Source of the DNA: Candidatus Peregrinibacteria bacterium
GTDB lineage: Bacteria > Patescibacteriota > Gracilibacteria > UBA1369 > LOWO2-01-FULL-3
Reading direction: 5' to 3'
Assembly: GCA_007133095.1 (NCBI GenBank)
Contig: SLNK01000009.1
Coordinates: forward strand, 1-37,545
Length of the DNA stretch: 37,545 bases
In this document: positions 10,201 through 19,650 of the stretch, piece by piece
Layout of the letters: every line of letters starts with the position of its first letter
Numbering within the stretch: position 1 is the first letter of the stretch
The notes under the pieces: generated by a model
The model's database searches: none
Seen by the model: only the letters and a program-made list of their open reading frames with translations
What the model was told of the DNA's origin: nothing
Translations under genes and position numbers: made by a program

Positions 10201-11141
10201 GATCACCTAAAAGCCCCGCGGTAGTTTCCGAAATAGAAGGAAAAGCAACGATCCACCGCAAAGGAAAACTAACGGAAATAAGCGTTCTCTCCTCAGAGCC
10301 TGTTGAAATTACTTATCAGCTAATGGAAGAAATGATTCCAACGGTGAAAGTGGGAGACCGGGTGAAGCCAAAAATGATAATAGCGAGAGCGGAAAATCAA
10401 AAAGGCACCCTCAAGGCAACCGATGAAGCAAAAGTCAGAGAGATAAGAGGAGACAAAATCATCACCAAGACCGAAGGAAACATTACAAAGACTTACAAAA
10501 TCGAAGGCAGTAGAAACATAACAATTTCAAGTGGCGACATCGTTAAAAAAGGTCAACCTCTAACAAACGGCCACCTTGATCTAAAAGAATTGATGCGTCT
10601 TACAGATGAATATACGGTTCAAAAATATATCGTAACGGAGGTTCAAAGCATATATTCATCACAGGGACAGGCAATCAACGATAAACACGTAGAGATCATC
10701 GCAAAACAAATGTTATCAAAGGTTAGAATTTTTGAGAGCGGAGACAGCAATTTCCTTCCGGGCGAAATAGTAGACATAATAAGCCTCCGAAACACAAATG
10801 CGGAACTCAAGAAGAACAAAAAGAAAGAAGCAACCGGAGAAAGACTTCTTCTCGGGCTGACAAGAATAGCTCTGTACACGGACAGCTGGCTATCCGCGGC
10901 ATCGTTCCAAGAAACAATAAGAGTTCTTGTTGAAGCCGCTACAACAAGCAAAGTAGACAAGCTGGAAGGCCTCAAGGAAAACGTGATCATAGGTAAATTA
11001 ATTCCCGCAGGAGAGGTTTACAGAAGAAAAAATCCGGAACAGATGGAAAAAGTCGATCAGAAAGAATATGTCGAAGATGCAGAAATGACTGAAGAAAATG
11101 AGGAAGAAAAAGAGGAGAAAAAACACTTGCCTGTTATATAA
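7215..11141 (+). CDS. rpoC: DNA-directed RNA polymerase subunit beta'
   Basis: 1308 aa. Zinc motif [23 protein letters not shown], catalytic [12 protein letters not shown], and bridge-helix/trigger-loop segments. Confidence 0.98.
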
Positions 11142-11166
11142 ACATAATATAAACTCAATCGCACTT

Positions 11167-11580
11167 ATGCCAACAATAAATCAATTAGTCAAAACCCCGC
11201 GTAGAAAAGTTCAAAAGAAGAGCAAATCTCCTGCACTTCAGAGTGGATTCAACCATCTTAAGAACAGAAACGTAACTTTGAACTGTCCTCAAAAGCGCGG
11301 AGTATGTGTAAAAGTAACAACACTTACACCCAAAAAGCCAAACTCTGCCTTAAGAAAAGTTGCCAGAGTCAGGTTAACAAACGGGATGGAAGTGAATGCC
11401 TATATCCCGGGAGAAGGACACAATCTCCAAGAACACTCGGTAGTAACGATAAGAGGAGGTAGAGTAAAAGACTTGCCCGGTGTCAGATACCACATAGTAA
11501 GAGGAACCTTGGATACACAAGGTGTGGACAAAAGAAGACAGGGTCGCTCAAAATACGGAACAAAAAAACCTAAAGAATAG
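11167..11580 (+). CDS. rpsL: 30S ribosomal protein S12
   Basis: MPTINQLVK... begins at the ATG at 11167. The ORF-track start at 11098 lies inside rpoC and adds a non-homologous extension. Conserved [19 protein letters not shown] motif. Confidence 0.97.
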
Positions 11581-11664
11581 GGCGCCTTCGGCGCCCGTCT
11601 ACGACGTTCCGGCCGCCTCCCGCGGTCACCCGGAACGTCAAAAAACCGCCCGCCTCCGGCGGGC
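11580..11664 (+). promoter_or_regulatory. GC-rich triple-hairpin spacer between rpsL and rpsG
   Basis: - Hairpin 11580-11596: GGGCGCC-TTC-GGCGCCC.
- Hairpin 11603-11639: 10-bp stem GACGTTCCGG/CCGGAACGTC with an inner CCGC/GCGG stem.
- Hairpin 11648-11664: GCCCGCC-TCC-GGCGGGC.

The spacer starts at the rpsL stop codon. No U-tract follows any stem, so these are not classical terminators. Confidence 0.6.
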
Positions 11665-11681
11665 TCCCTAAATTACAAACC

Positions 11682-12131
11682 ATGACAATAAAACAATACA
11701 TTCCGGAAGACTCCTCCCCACTGCAGGAAAAATTCATAAATTACCTGATGATACAAGGGAAAAAGTCTACAGCAAGAAGAATCTTCAATGAAACATTGAA
11801 ACTTCTCAGTAAAAAAGAGTCCGGTGATCCTGAAAAAATATTCAGAACAGCAATAGACAATGTAAAACCTCAAATGGAAGTTAAGGCAAAAAGAATAGGA
11901 GGTGCGGTTTACCAAGTTCCCAGGGAAGTGAAACCGGACAGACAAATAGCGCTGGCATTCAGATGGATAATTCAAGCGGCAAAAGCGAAAAAAGGAGCCC
12001 CTATGGCTCAAAAATTGGCAAGCGAACTTTTTGACGCGTCAAAAGAACAAGGGACGGCGATGAAGAAGAAAGAAGATACTCACCGCATGGCTGAAGCCAA
12101 CAAAGCATTCGCTCACCTGGCAAAATATTAA
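11682..12131 (+). CDS. rpsG: 30S ribosomal protein S7
   Basis: 149 aa. The INYLMIQGKKSTARRIF...VKAKRIGGAVYQVP pattern matches the S7 family, and the position between rpsL and fusA is canonical. Confidence 0.95.
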   Translation: MTIKQYIPEDSSPLQEKFINYLMIQGKKSTARRIFNETLKLLSKKESGDPEKIFRTAIDNVKPQMEVKAKRIGGAVYQVPREVKPDRQIALAFRWIIQAAKAKKGAPMAQKLASELFDASKEQGTAMKKKEDTHRMAEANKAFAHLAKY

Positions 12132-12143
12132 CCAATAAATTCA

Positions 12144-14234
12144 ATGGCTGAAGATCTAAATCGTTTAAGAAATATCGGTATCATTGCTCATATAGATGCC
12201 GGAAAAACAACCGTTACGGAAAGAATTCTTTTCTACACGGGAAGAATACACAAAGTTGGCGAAACCCATGAGGGAGAATCCCAAATGGATTGGATGGAAC
12301 AGGAAAGAGAAAGAGGGATTACAATTACTTCAGCTGCGACCACCTGTTACTGGAAAACAACCGATACCGGAGAAGAACACAGAATAAATATAATAGACAC
12401 TCCGGGGCACGTGGATTTCACGGCGGAAGTAGAAAGATCCCTTCGCGTCCTTGACGGAGGCGTCGCTGTATTTGATGGAGCCATGGGGGTGGAACCTCAA
12501 TCAGAAACGGTTTGGAGACAAGCGGACAAATACAAAGTCCCAAGACTGGCCTTCATCAATAAAATGGACAAAATGGGAGGTGATTTCTATATGAGTTTAA
12601 AAAGTATCCACGAAAGATTAAATCCCAACGCGGTCGCCATACAACTTCCAATAGGAGCAGAAAGCGATTTTAACGGAGTCATAGATTTGATAGAAAGAAA
12701 AGCTTATAAATTTGAAGGTGAACGTGGAGAAAAAATTACAGAAATTGAAATTCCGGAAGACATGAAAGAAAAAGTGGAAGAATATAGAGCGATCATGGTG
12801 GAAAAAGTAGCGGAAAACGATGATTCTTTAATGGAAAAATTTATAGAAGGAGAAGAAATAAGTGTAGAAGAAATTAAAAAAGCGATAAGGAACGCGACCA
12901 TAGCAAACAAAATTTATCCGGTCCTTTGCGGCACCGCGCTTCAAAACAAAGGAGTTCAATTGGTTATTAATGCGGTTTGCGCATATTTGCCAAGCCCCAA
13001 AGATCTTCCCCCGATGACAGGTGAAGATCCAAAAACCGGAGAACCTATAACAAGAAACTTGGACGAGTCCGAGCCCTTCTCGGCATTGGCTTTCAAAATA
13101 GCCACAGATCCATTCGTGGGAAGTTTATGTTTCTTCAGAGTTTATTCCGGAGTTCTGGAAGCCGGAAGCTACGTGGTAAACATGTCTACCGGAAATAAAG
13201 AAAGAATAGGAAGAATCTTGAAAATGCACGCAAACTCAAGAGAAGAAGTTAAACAAGTCAGAGCCGGTGATATCGGAGCAATCGTGGGCCTTAAAAAAAC
13301 CACAACGGGAGACACCCTTTGTGATCCGGGCCACCCGATTTTACTTGAAAATATAACATTCCCCGAACCTGTTATCAGAATCGCAGTTGAACCGAAAACA
13401 AAAGCGGATCAGGAAAAAATGGGAGTGGCTCTACAAAAATTAGCGGAAGAAGATCCTACATTCAGAGTAAATACGGACGAAGAAACAGGTCAAACAATAA
13501 TCGCCGGAATGGGAGAACTACATCTGGACATAATCGTGGACAGAATGAAAAGAGAGTTCAAGGTGGAAGCAAATGTGGGAGCGCCACAAGTGGCTTACAG
13601 AGAAACGATTACAAAGGAACTTACAATGGAAGAAAAATACGCAAAACAAAGTGGAGGCCGCGGTCAATACGGACATGTATTCTTACGCGTTACTCCGCAA
13701 GAACCCGGAGAAGGATACGAATTCGTCAATTCAATTGTGGGAGGAAAAATTCCGAAAGAATACATTCCCGCAGTTGATAAAGGAATTCAAGAAGCTATGT
13801 CTCGCGGAATAATGGCCGGATACCCGGTCGTGGACGTAAAAGCAGAACTTTACGATGGAAGCTACCACGATGTAGACTCATCGGAAATGGCATTCAAAAT
13901 AGCAGCATCTATTTGTTTCCAAAACGCCGTAAAACAAGCCGGCCCGGTAATACTGGAACCCATAATGGATGTTGAGGTAACCGTCCCAGACGATTATTTC
14001 GGAGACGTAATGGGAAACATTAACGCCAGAAGAGGACAGATCATTGAAAGCGGAGACAGAGGACTTATAAAGTTCATCAAATCAAAAATACCTTTGGCGG
14101 AAATGTTTGGATACGCCACGGATCTAAGATCAATGACACAAGGAAGAGGAAACTACACGATGGAATTCGGGCACTATGAAAAAGTTCCATCAAACGTAGC
14201 GGAAGACATAATAAGCAAGAAAGCATCCGCTTAA
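12144..14234 (+). CDS. fusA: Elongation factor G
   Basis: 696 aa. G-domain motifs [17 protein letters not shown] and NKMD, plus canonical EF-G domains IV-V. Confidence 0.98.
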
Positions 14235-14241
14235 AATGTCC

Positions 14242-14270
14242 TTGCAAACAATTTTTTTTTCCGATACTAT
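14242..14270 (+). promoter_or_regulatory. Candidate internal promoter upstream of tuf
   Basis: TTGCAA (14242-14247), 17-nt spacer, TACTAT (14265-14270) in the fusA-tuf gap. Confidence 0.4.
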
Positions 14271-14307
14271 TCCTGCGCTTTTATTTAAACCATAACACAC
14301 TCATATC

Positions 14308-15495
14308 ATGGCAGAAGGAACATTCGACAGAAGCAAAACCCACGTCAACGTAGGTACAATCGGCCACGTAGACCACGGTAAAACAACGCTTACAGCCGCA
14401 ATAACAAACGTAGCGGCAAAAAAATTCGGCGGAGCAAACAAAGGTGTAGCGTTTGATCAAATTGATAACGCCCCCGAAGAAAAAGAAAGAGGTATAACTA
14501 TAGCAACCTCTCACCAAGAGTATGAAACTGACAAGAGACACTACGCTCACGTAGACTGTCCCGGCCACGCCGACTACGTAAAAAACATGATTACCGGTGC
14601 GGCCCAAATGGACGGTGCAATTCTTGTTGTATCAGCTGCTGATGGACCCATGCCACAGACTCGTGAACACATCCTGCTTGCAAGACAGGTAAACGTTCCA
14701 TATATAGTCGTTTTCTTGAACAAGATGGACATGGCAGACGAGGAGATAGCCGAACTTTCAGAAATGGAAGTACGTGAACTTTTGAACAAGTATGAATTCC
14801 CCGGCGATGATACTCCTATAATAAAAGGGTCGGCGTTGAAGGCTTTGGAAGGAGACGCGGAATACGAAGAGAAAATAGTAGAACTTTTGAAAGCACTGGA
14901 CGATTATATTCCGGATCCTGTAAGAGAACTGGACAAGCCATTCCTTATGCCGGTTGAAGATGTATTCTCAATCAAAGGAAGAGGGACTGTAGCAACGGGA
15001 AGAGTTGAGCAAGGAGTTGTAAACGTAAACGACGAGATTGAAATAATCGGGATCAAAGAAACAAGGAAAATTATCGTTACGGGAGTTGAGATGTTCAAGA
15101 AAACACTGGACAGAGGACAAGCCGGAGATAATGTCGGTATACTTTTGAGAGGCATTGAAAGAGAGGAAATTGAAAGAGGACAAGTTCTGGCAAAACCCGG
15201 ATCAATAACTCCTCACACAAAATTCGAATGTGAAGTCTACGTCCTGACCAAAGATGAAGGAGGAAGACATACTCCTTTCTTCAAAGGATACAAACCTCAA
15301 TTCTACATCAGAACAACAGACGTAACGGGAGATGTTGAGTTACCAGCAGACGTAGAAATGGTTATGCCCGGAGATAACGTGAAAATGACTGTAACTTTGG
15401 GAGCGCCGATAGCGTTGGACGAAGGAACAAGATTCGCTATCCGTGAAGGAGGAAGAACCGTAGGTGCGGGAGTTGTAGCAAAGATTTTGGAATAG
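14308..15495 (+). CDS. tuf: Elongation factor Tu
   Basis: 395 aa. [18 protein letters not shown] and NKMD motifs, with near-universal EF-Tu sequence throughout. Confidence 0.99.
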
Positions 15496-15514
15496 TAAAT
15501 AGAATTATCAAATT

Positions 15515-15553
15515 AAAAAGCGTCTCCGAGAATATCCCGGAGACGCTTTTTTT
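15515..15553 (+). terminator. Intrinsic (bidirectional-looking) terminator after tuf
   Basis: 9-bp stem GCGTCTCCG/CGGAGACGC (15520-15528 / 15538-15546), flanked by an A5 run upstream and a T7 run downstream. Confidence 0.85.
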
Positions 15554-15561
15554 AAAAAAAA

Positions 15562-15590
15562 TTGACAACCTTTACTCCATCCTCTATAAA
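15562..15590 (+). promoter_or_regulatory. Strong sigma70-type promoter for rpsJ
   Basis: TTGACA (15562-15567), 17-nt spacer, TATAAA (15585-15590), directly after the tuf terminator. Confidence 0.7.
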
Positions 15591-15656
15591 GAATCTACAA
15601 ATTTGATTTTCTGCTTTTAGAAAATCACCCGCGAAGAGAAACTTCCTTAGCGGGAC

Positions 15657-15725
15657 AGCTCGGGAAAGTACGCGTCAAATAAGACGCAAATAATGCAAAC
15701 CGAGCTCAAAAACTCGGTTTTTTTT
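15657..15725 (+). promoter_or_regulatory. rpsJ leader attenuator with alternative antiterminator and terminator pairings
   Basis: AGCTCGG (15657-15663) can pair with CCGAGCT (15700-15706). The same CCGAG (15700-15704) can instead pair with CTCGG (15713-15717), extended by AAA/TTT pairs and followed by a T8 run (15718-15725). The two structures are mutually exclusive. Confidence 0.55.
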
Positions 15726-15744
15726 ATCCTTAACACAACATAAT

Positions 15745-16074
15745 ATGGCTCCCAAACAAAAAATCCGTATAAAAATTCGCTCATTTGATCACAAGGTGAT
15801 AGATGAAACGGCAAAACTAATAATTGAAACAGCGGAAAGAGCCGGCGCTATGGTTTGCGGACCTATTCCCCTACCAACAAAAATAGAAAAATTCACGGTC
15901 AATAAATCCACATTCGTTCACAAAACAGCCAGAGAACAATTTGAAATGAGAACACACTCAAGGTTGATAGATATAACGGAAACAACGTCTCACACAATAG
16001 AGTCACTATCAAATTTGAGCCTACCGGCGGGAGTTGAGATCGAAATAAAAATGCTACAAGAAGCGGACAAATAA
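15745..16074 (+). CDS. rpsJ: 30S ribosomal protein S10
   Basis: 109 aa. KIRIKIRSFDHKVIDETAKLIIETA...GPIPLPTK...REQFEMRTHSRLIDI is canonical S10. Confidence 0.97.
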   Translation: MAPKQKIRIKIRSFDHKVIDETAKLIIETAERAGAMVCGPIPLPTKIEKFTVNKSTFVHKTAREQFEMRTHSRLIDITETTSHTIESLSNLSLPAGVEIEIKMLQEADK

Positions 16075-16087
16075 AACTTCGCCGAAA

Positions 16088-16117
16088 TTGACCGCCATCC
16101 TAAAATTATGATAAGTT
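16088..16117 (+). promoter_or_regulatory. Candidate promoter for the CaCA gene (extended -10)
   Basis: TTGACC (16088-16093), 18-nt spacer containing TG at 16109-16110, then TAAGTT (16112-16117). The hexamer ends 6 nt before the ATG at 16124, so the mRNA would be near-leaderless. Confidence 0.35.
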
Positions 16118-16123
16118 TTTCAT

Positions 16124-17083
16124 ATGGAATTACTTAAGTGGAGTGCGTTATTTATAGTTTCTCTAGCCGTTTTAATCAAGGCAGCGGATTATTTCACAAA
16201 CACATCAGAAAGAATCGGTCTCCATTTCAAAATTTCTCCTTTTATAGTCGGTGTCACAATAATAGCCGTAGGAACCTCACTCCCCGAAGTAGCGACTGGA
16301 ATAATGTCGGTTATTCAAAATCAATCGGAAATGGTTGTTGGAAACGCCGTAGGATCCAACATGGCAAACATTTTGTTGGTACTCGCAATAGCGGCAATAG
16401 TGGGAAAAAATATAAAATTCAATAAAGACATCCTCCATATAGATCTTCCAATCCTAATCGGGAGCACAATTCTCCTCTTTATGCTAACAATGAACGGGAG
16501 GTTCACATACATAGAGGGAATAATATGTTTGCTGGTACTCGCCGTCTACATAGTCTACAACGCGAAAAGCAAACGCAAACTGGGAGTTGCTGAAGCCCTG
16601 GAGCTAAAAAAAATGGCAAGGACTGAAAAAGGCCCTGTTCCGGTAAAATATTTTCTCATTCTGTTAATATCCGGTGTATTTCTTTATTTCAGCGCCCAAT
16701 ACACCATAAAATCGGTGATTGAACTGGCAGAAATCCTTCGAATAGGAACAGAAATTATAGCTCTATCGGCGATAGCCATAGGGACATCGCTCCCCGAATT
16801 GGCGGTTTCCGTTCTTGCCGTGAAGAAAGGTAAAATAGACATGGCTATCGGGAATATAACGGGGTCCAACATATTCAATGTTCTGGGAGTAATGGGAATT
16901 CCCGCATTATTCGGAACATTGATAATAACCCCTTATATGATAGCGTTCTCAATCCCGGTACTTTTGTTTGTAACCATTCTTTACGCCTTCACAACAATGA
17001 ATAGAAAAATCTCCCGTTGGGAAGGCATCACTTTTCTTTTGATATACGCCGGTTTTTTGGGAATAACCTTCGGCATAATATAA
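16124..17083 (+). CDS. Ca2+/Na+ antiporter, CaCA family (YrbG-like)
   Basis: 319 aa and about 10 TM helices. Both alpha-repeat signatures of the cation/Ca2+ exchanger family are present: AVGTSLPEVATG...GNAVGSNMANILLVLAI and AIGTSLPELAVS...GNITGSNIFNVLGVMGI. Confidence 0.88.
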   Translation: MELLKWSALFIVSLAVLIKAADYFTNTSERIGLHFKISPFIVGVTIIAVGTSLPEVATGIMSVIQNQSEMVVGNAVGSNMANILLVLAIAAIVGKNIKFNKDILHIDLPILIGSTILLFMLTMNGRFTYIEGIICLLVLAVYIVYNAKSKRKLGVAEALELKKMARTEKGPVPVKYFLILLISGVFLYFSAQYTIKSVIELAEILRIGTEIIALSAIAIGTSLPELAVSVLAVKKGKIDMAIGNITGSNIFNVLGVMGIPALFGTLIITPYMIAFSIPVLLFVTILYAFTTMNRKISRWEGITFLLIYAGFLGITFGII

Positions 17084-17156
17084 ATGTGGAGAAGGTACCT
17101 TTTTCGCCCACAGTTTTTCAACATATTCCTTCTCTTTGCATAACAAAAAAAATCTA

Positions 17157-17185
17157 TTGACTACCCATTTTTACGTCTGTATATT
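17157..17185 (+). promoter_or_regulatory. Candidate sigma70-type promoter for rplC and the downstream genes
   Basis: TTGACT (17157-17162), 17-nt spacer, TATATT (17180-17185). This predicts a leader of ~115 nt before rplC. Confidence 0.6.
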
Positions 17186-17266
17186 CTAACGGCGTTTTGA
17201 CAAAACTTATCTGAAAAGTAAGTTAAAACCTTTGAAAGGGTTTAGCCAAAAATCTTTTCAAAGCAA

Positions 17267-17288
17267 CTCCCCCCGGACGGGGCCGGAG
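17267..17288 (+). promoter_or_regulatory. GC-rich hairpin in the rplC leader
   Basis: CTCC-CCCC-GGAC-GGGG-(CC)-GGAG: a 4+4 bp stem with a CC bulge. An alternative CCGG/CCGG pairing is possible. It lies 20 nt upstream of the rplC ATG in an otherwise A/T-rich leader. Confidence 0.4.
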
Positions 17289-17307
17289 ATTAACCTCTAC
17301 AAACATC

Positions 17308-17895
17308 ATGTCAGGAATACTAGGCAAAAAATTAGGAATGACTCGCATCTTTCAAGATGACGGCTGTGTGATCCCAATCACTGTCGTAAAGTGTGACCCC
17401 AACGAGGTCACTCAAGTAAAGACAGTAGATAAAGACGGATATCCGGCGATAGTCCTGGGATTTTCCAAGTTAAAAAAACCGTTAAAAACAAGAAAATTCA
17501 GACATCAAAAAGAATTCCGGGTAAACGATGAAGAAACAGGAAGCTACAAAAAAGGCGATCAAATAACGGTTGAGAGCCTGCAAGAAACGGAATCCGTTAA
17601 AATTTCCTCCGTTTCAAAAGGAAAAGGGTTCCAGGGAGTAATCAAACGGCACAATTTCGGAAGAGGGCCGGAAACTCACGGATCACATCACCACAGAGAG
17701 CCCGGATCAATCGGGGCATGTACAAAACCCGGAAGAGTGGCGAAAGGGAAAAAACTGCCGGGAAGAATGGGTGGAGACAAGATAACGTTAGGTAAAGTGA
17801 AAATTGTAAGCATTAATCCAAAAAACAACACAATCTGCTTAAAAGGAGCCCTCCCGGGCCCTATCGGCACACTGATAACAATAACAAAAGCATGA
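17308..17895 (+). CDS. rplC: 50S ribosomal protein L3
   Basis: 195 aa. GILGKKLGMTRIFQDDG... and FQGVIKRHNF motifs. The stop overlaps the rplD start (ATGA). Confidence 0.97.
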   Translation: MSGILGKKLGMTRIFQDDGCVIPITVVKCDPNEVTQVKTVDKDGYPAIVLGFSKLKKPLKTRKFRHQKEFRVNDEETGSYKKGDQITVESLQETESVKISSVSKGKGFQGVIKRHNFGRGPETHGSHHHREPGSIGACTKPGRVAKGKKLPGRMGGDKITLGKVKIVSINPKNNTICLKGALPGPIGTLITITKA

Positions 17896-18515
17896 AAGTA
17901 GACCTATACAAACAAACCGGGGAAAAGAGCGGAACAATAGATCTGCCAAAAGAAATTTTTGAAGTGCCTTTTAATAGAGATTTGGTTCATCAAGCATTGC
18001 TAAGACAACTTTCTAATGCACGCAGAGGAACAGCACACACACAGGTGCGAGAAGACGTACGCGGAGGAGGCAGAAAGCCTTTCAAGCAAAAGGGAACAGG
18101 AAACGCAAGACAAGGAACAATACGCGCTCCGCACATGAAAGGAGGAGCAATTGTATTCGGCCCAAGAAACAACAGAAATTTTGTAAAGGAAATGCCAAGG
18201 AAACAACGCCGTCACGCGTTGTTTTGCGCTTTATCGGAAAAAGCTCGTGAAAAACAAGTAATAGCACTGGAGTCATACAAAGCAAAAGAAGCCAAAACTA
18301 AAGAGTTTTCGGAAACACTTAAAAAATTGCCGATCGAAAGAAACGTTTTGGTTGTAATCCCCGCAAAAGAAGAGATAATTCAGAAATCCAGCAAGAATCT
18401 TCCAAACGCAAAAACAATAACGGTTAATTACCTAAATATACACGATCTCCAAAAATTTCACACAGTCTTATTTCTAAAAGACGCAGTTGAGAAACTAAAA
18501 GAAACGTACCTATGA
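17892..18515 (+). CDS. rplD: 50S ribosomal protein L4
   Basis: 207 aa. VRGGGRKPFKQKGTGNARQGTIRAPHMKGGAIVFGP is canonical L4. Confidence 0.97.
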   Translation: MKVDLYKQTGEKSGTIDLPKEIFEVPFNRDLVHQALLRQLSNARRGTAHTQVREDVRGGGRKPFKQKGTGNARQGTIRAPHMKGGAIVFGPRNNRNFVKEMPRKQRRHALFCALSEKAREKQVIALESYKAKEAKTKEFSETLKKLPIERNVLVVIPAKEEIIQKSSKNLPNAKTITVNYLNIHDLQKFHTVLFLKDAVEKLKETYL

Positions 18516-18799
18516 AGACCAAATCAACAATAATACAGTCATATCAAACGGAAAAAAGTTCCGCGCAACAAGGGCGAAATCAATATTCCTTCGTTGTTAG
18601 AAAAGACGCAAACAAAGTGGAAATAAAAAAAGCGGTAAAAGAAATTTACGGAGTTGACGTGGAAGATGTAAAAACGATGATAATGCCAAAAAAAACAAGA
18701 TTGATAAAAGGACGTTATGAATGGGCGAAAAGACCGGTCTTCAAAAAGGCCATAGTGACTCTGAAAAACAATAAAACAATAGACCCTAACAAGATATAA
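18512..18799 (+). CDS. rplW: 50S ribosomal protein L23
   Basis: 95 aa, L23-like KKAVKEIYGVDVEDVKTM, canonical position. The start overlaps the rplD stop. Confidence 0.93.
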   Translation: MKTKSTIIQSYQTEKSSAQQGRNQYSFVVRKDANKVEIKKAVKEIYGVDVEDVKTMIMPKKTRLIKGRYEWAKRPVFKKAIVTLKNNKTIDPNKI

Positions 18800-18804
18800 G
18801 AAAA

Positions 18805-19638
18805 ATGGGATTAAAGAAATTTAAACCAACAACACCGGGACGAAGACAGATGAGCGTAGCCTCATTTGAAGAGATTACCAAGACAAAACCTGAAAAATCT
18901 CTGTTGAAACCGATTAAACAAAACTCCGGCAGAAACAACGCCGGAAGAATAACTGTAAGACACAGAGGAGGAGGTGTAAAAAGAATGTACAGAATAATTG
19001 ACTTCAAAGGCACGGATAAATTGAATATACGAGGAGAAGTCTCTTCAATAGAATACGACCCAAACAGAACCGCATACATAATGTTGATACAATACAAAGA
19101 CGGTGAAAAGCGATATCAATTGGCTCCACAGGGTATAAAAGTCGGAACGGAAATAATTACAAGCGAAAAAGCCAAGATAAAAGTCGGTAACAGAATGATG
19201 ATAAAAAACATTCCCGTAGGTTATGACATATACAACGTGGAATTACACGAAGGAAAAGGCGGACAAATGGCAAGAAGCGCGGGATCAAGTATAAAACTGA
19301 TGTCATTAACCGGTGAATACGCACAAATTCAAATGCGCTCCGGGGAAACAAGATTGGTAAGCAAGAACTGCTACGCAAGTATCGGCACGGTAGGAAACAT
19401 CGAACATGAAAATATCAAAATAGGAAAAGCGGGGAGAAACAGATTGAAAGGAAAGAGACCGCAAGTAAGAGGAAAAGTTATGAACCCGGTAGATCACCCG
19501 CACGGAGGAGGAGAAGGATCTAATCCAATCGGACTCAAGCACCCCAAAACACCTTGGGGACTTCCGGCTCTCGGATTCAAAACAAGAAAAAGAAAATATA
19601 CTGACAAAATGATCATAAAAGATCGAAGAAGAAAATAA
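18805..19638 (+). CDS. rplB: 50S ribosomal protein L2
   Basis: 277 aa. GRNNAGRITVRHRGGGVKRMYRIIDF and NPVDHPHGGGEG motifs. Confidence 0.98.
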   Translation: MGLKKFKPTTPGRRQMSVASFEEITKTKPEKSLLKPIKQNSGRNNAGRITVRHRGGGVKRMYRIIDFKGTDKLNIRGEVSSIEYDPNRTAYIMLIQYKDGEKRYQLAPQGIKVGTEIITSEKAKIKVGNRMMIKNIPVGYDIYNVELHEGKGGQMARSAGSSIKLMSLTGEYAQIQMRSGETRLVSKNCYASIGTVGNIEHENIKIGKAGRNRLKGKRPQVRGKVMNPVDHPHGGGEGSNPIGLKHPKTPWGLPALGFKTRKRKYTDKMIIKDRRRK

Positions 19639-19650
19639 CCAACCATTAAA

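Noticed and set aside
11098-11166. The upstream start for rpsL given by the ORF track (160 aa).
   Set aside because: The extension overlaps the end of rpoC and encodes non-S12 sequence. The canonical S12 N-terminus MPTINQLV begins at the ATG at 11167.
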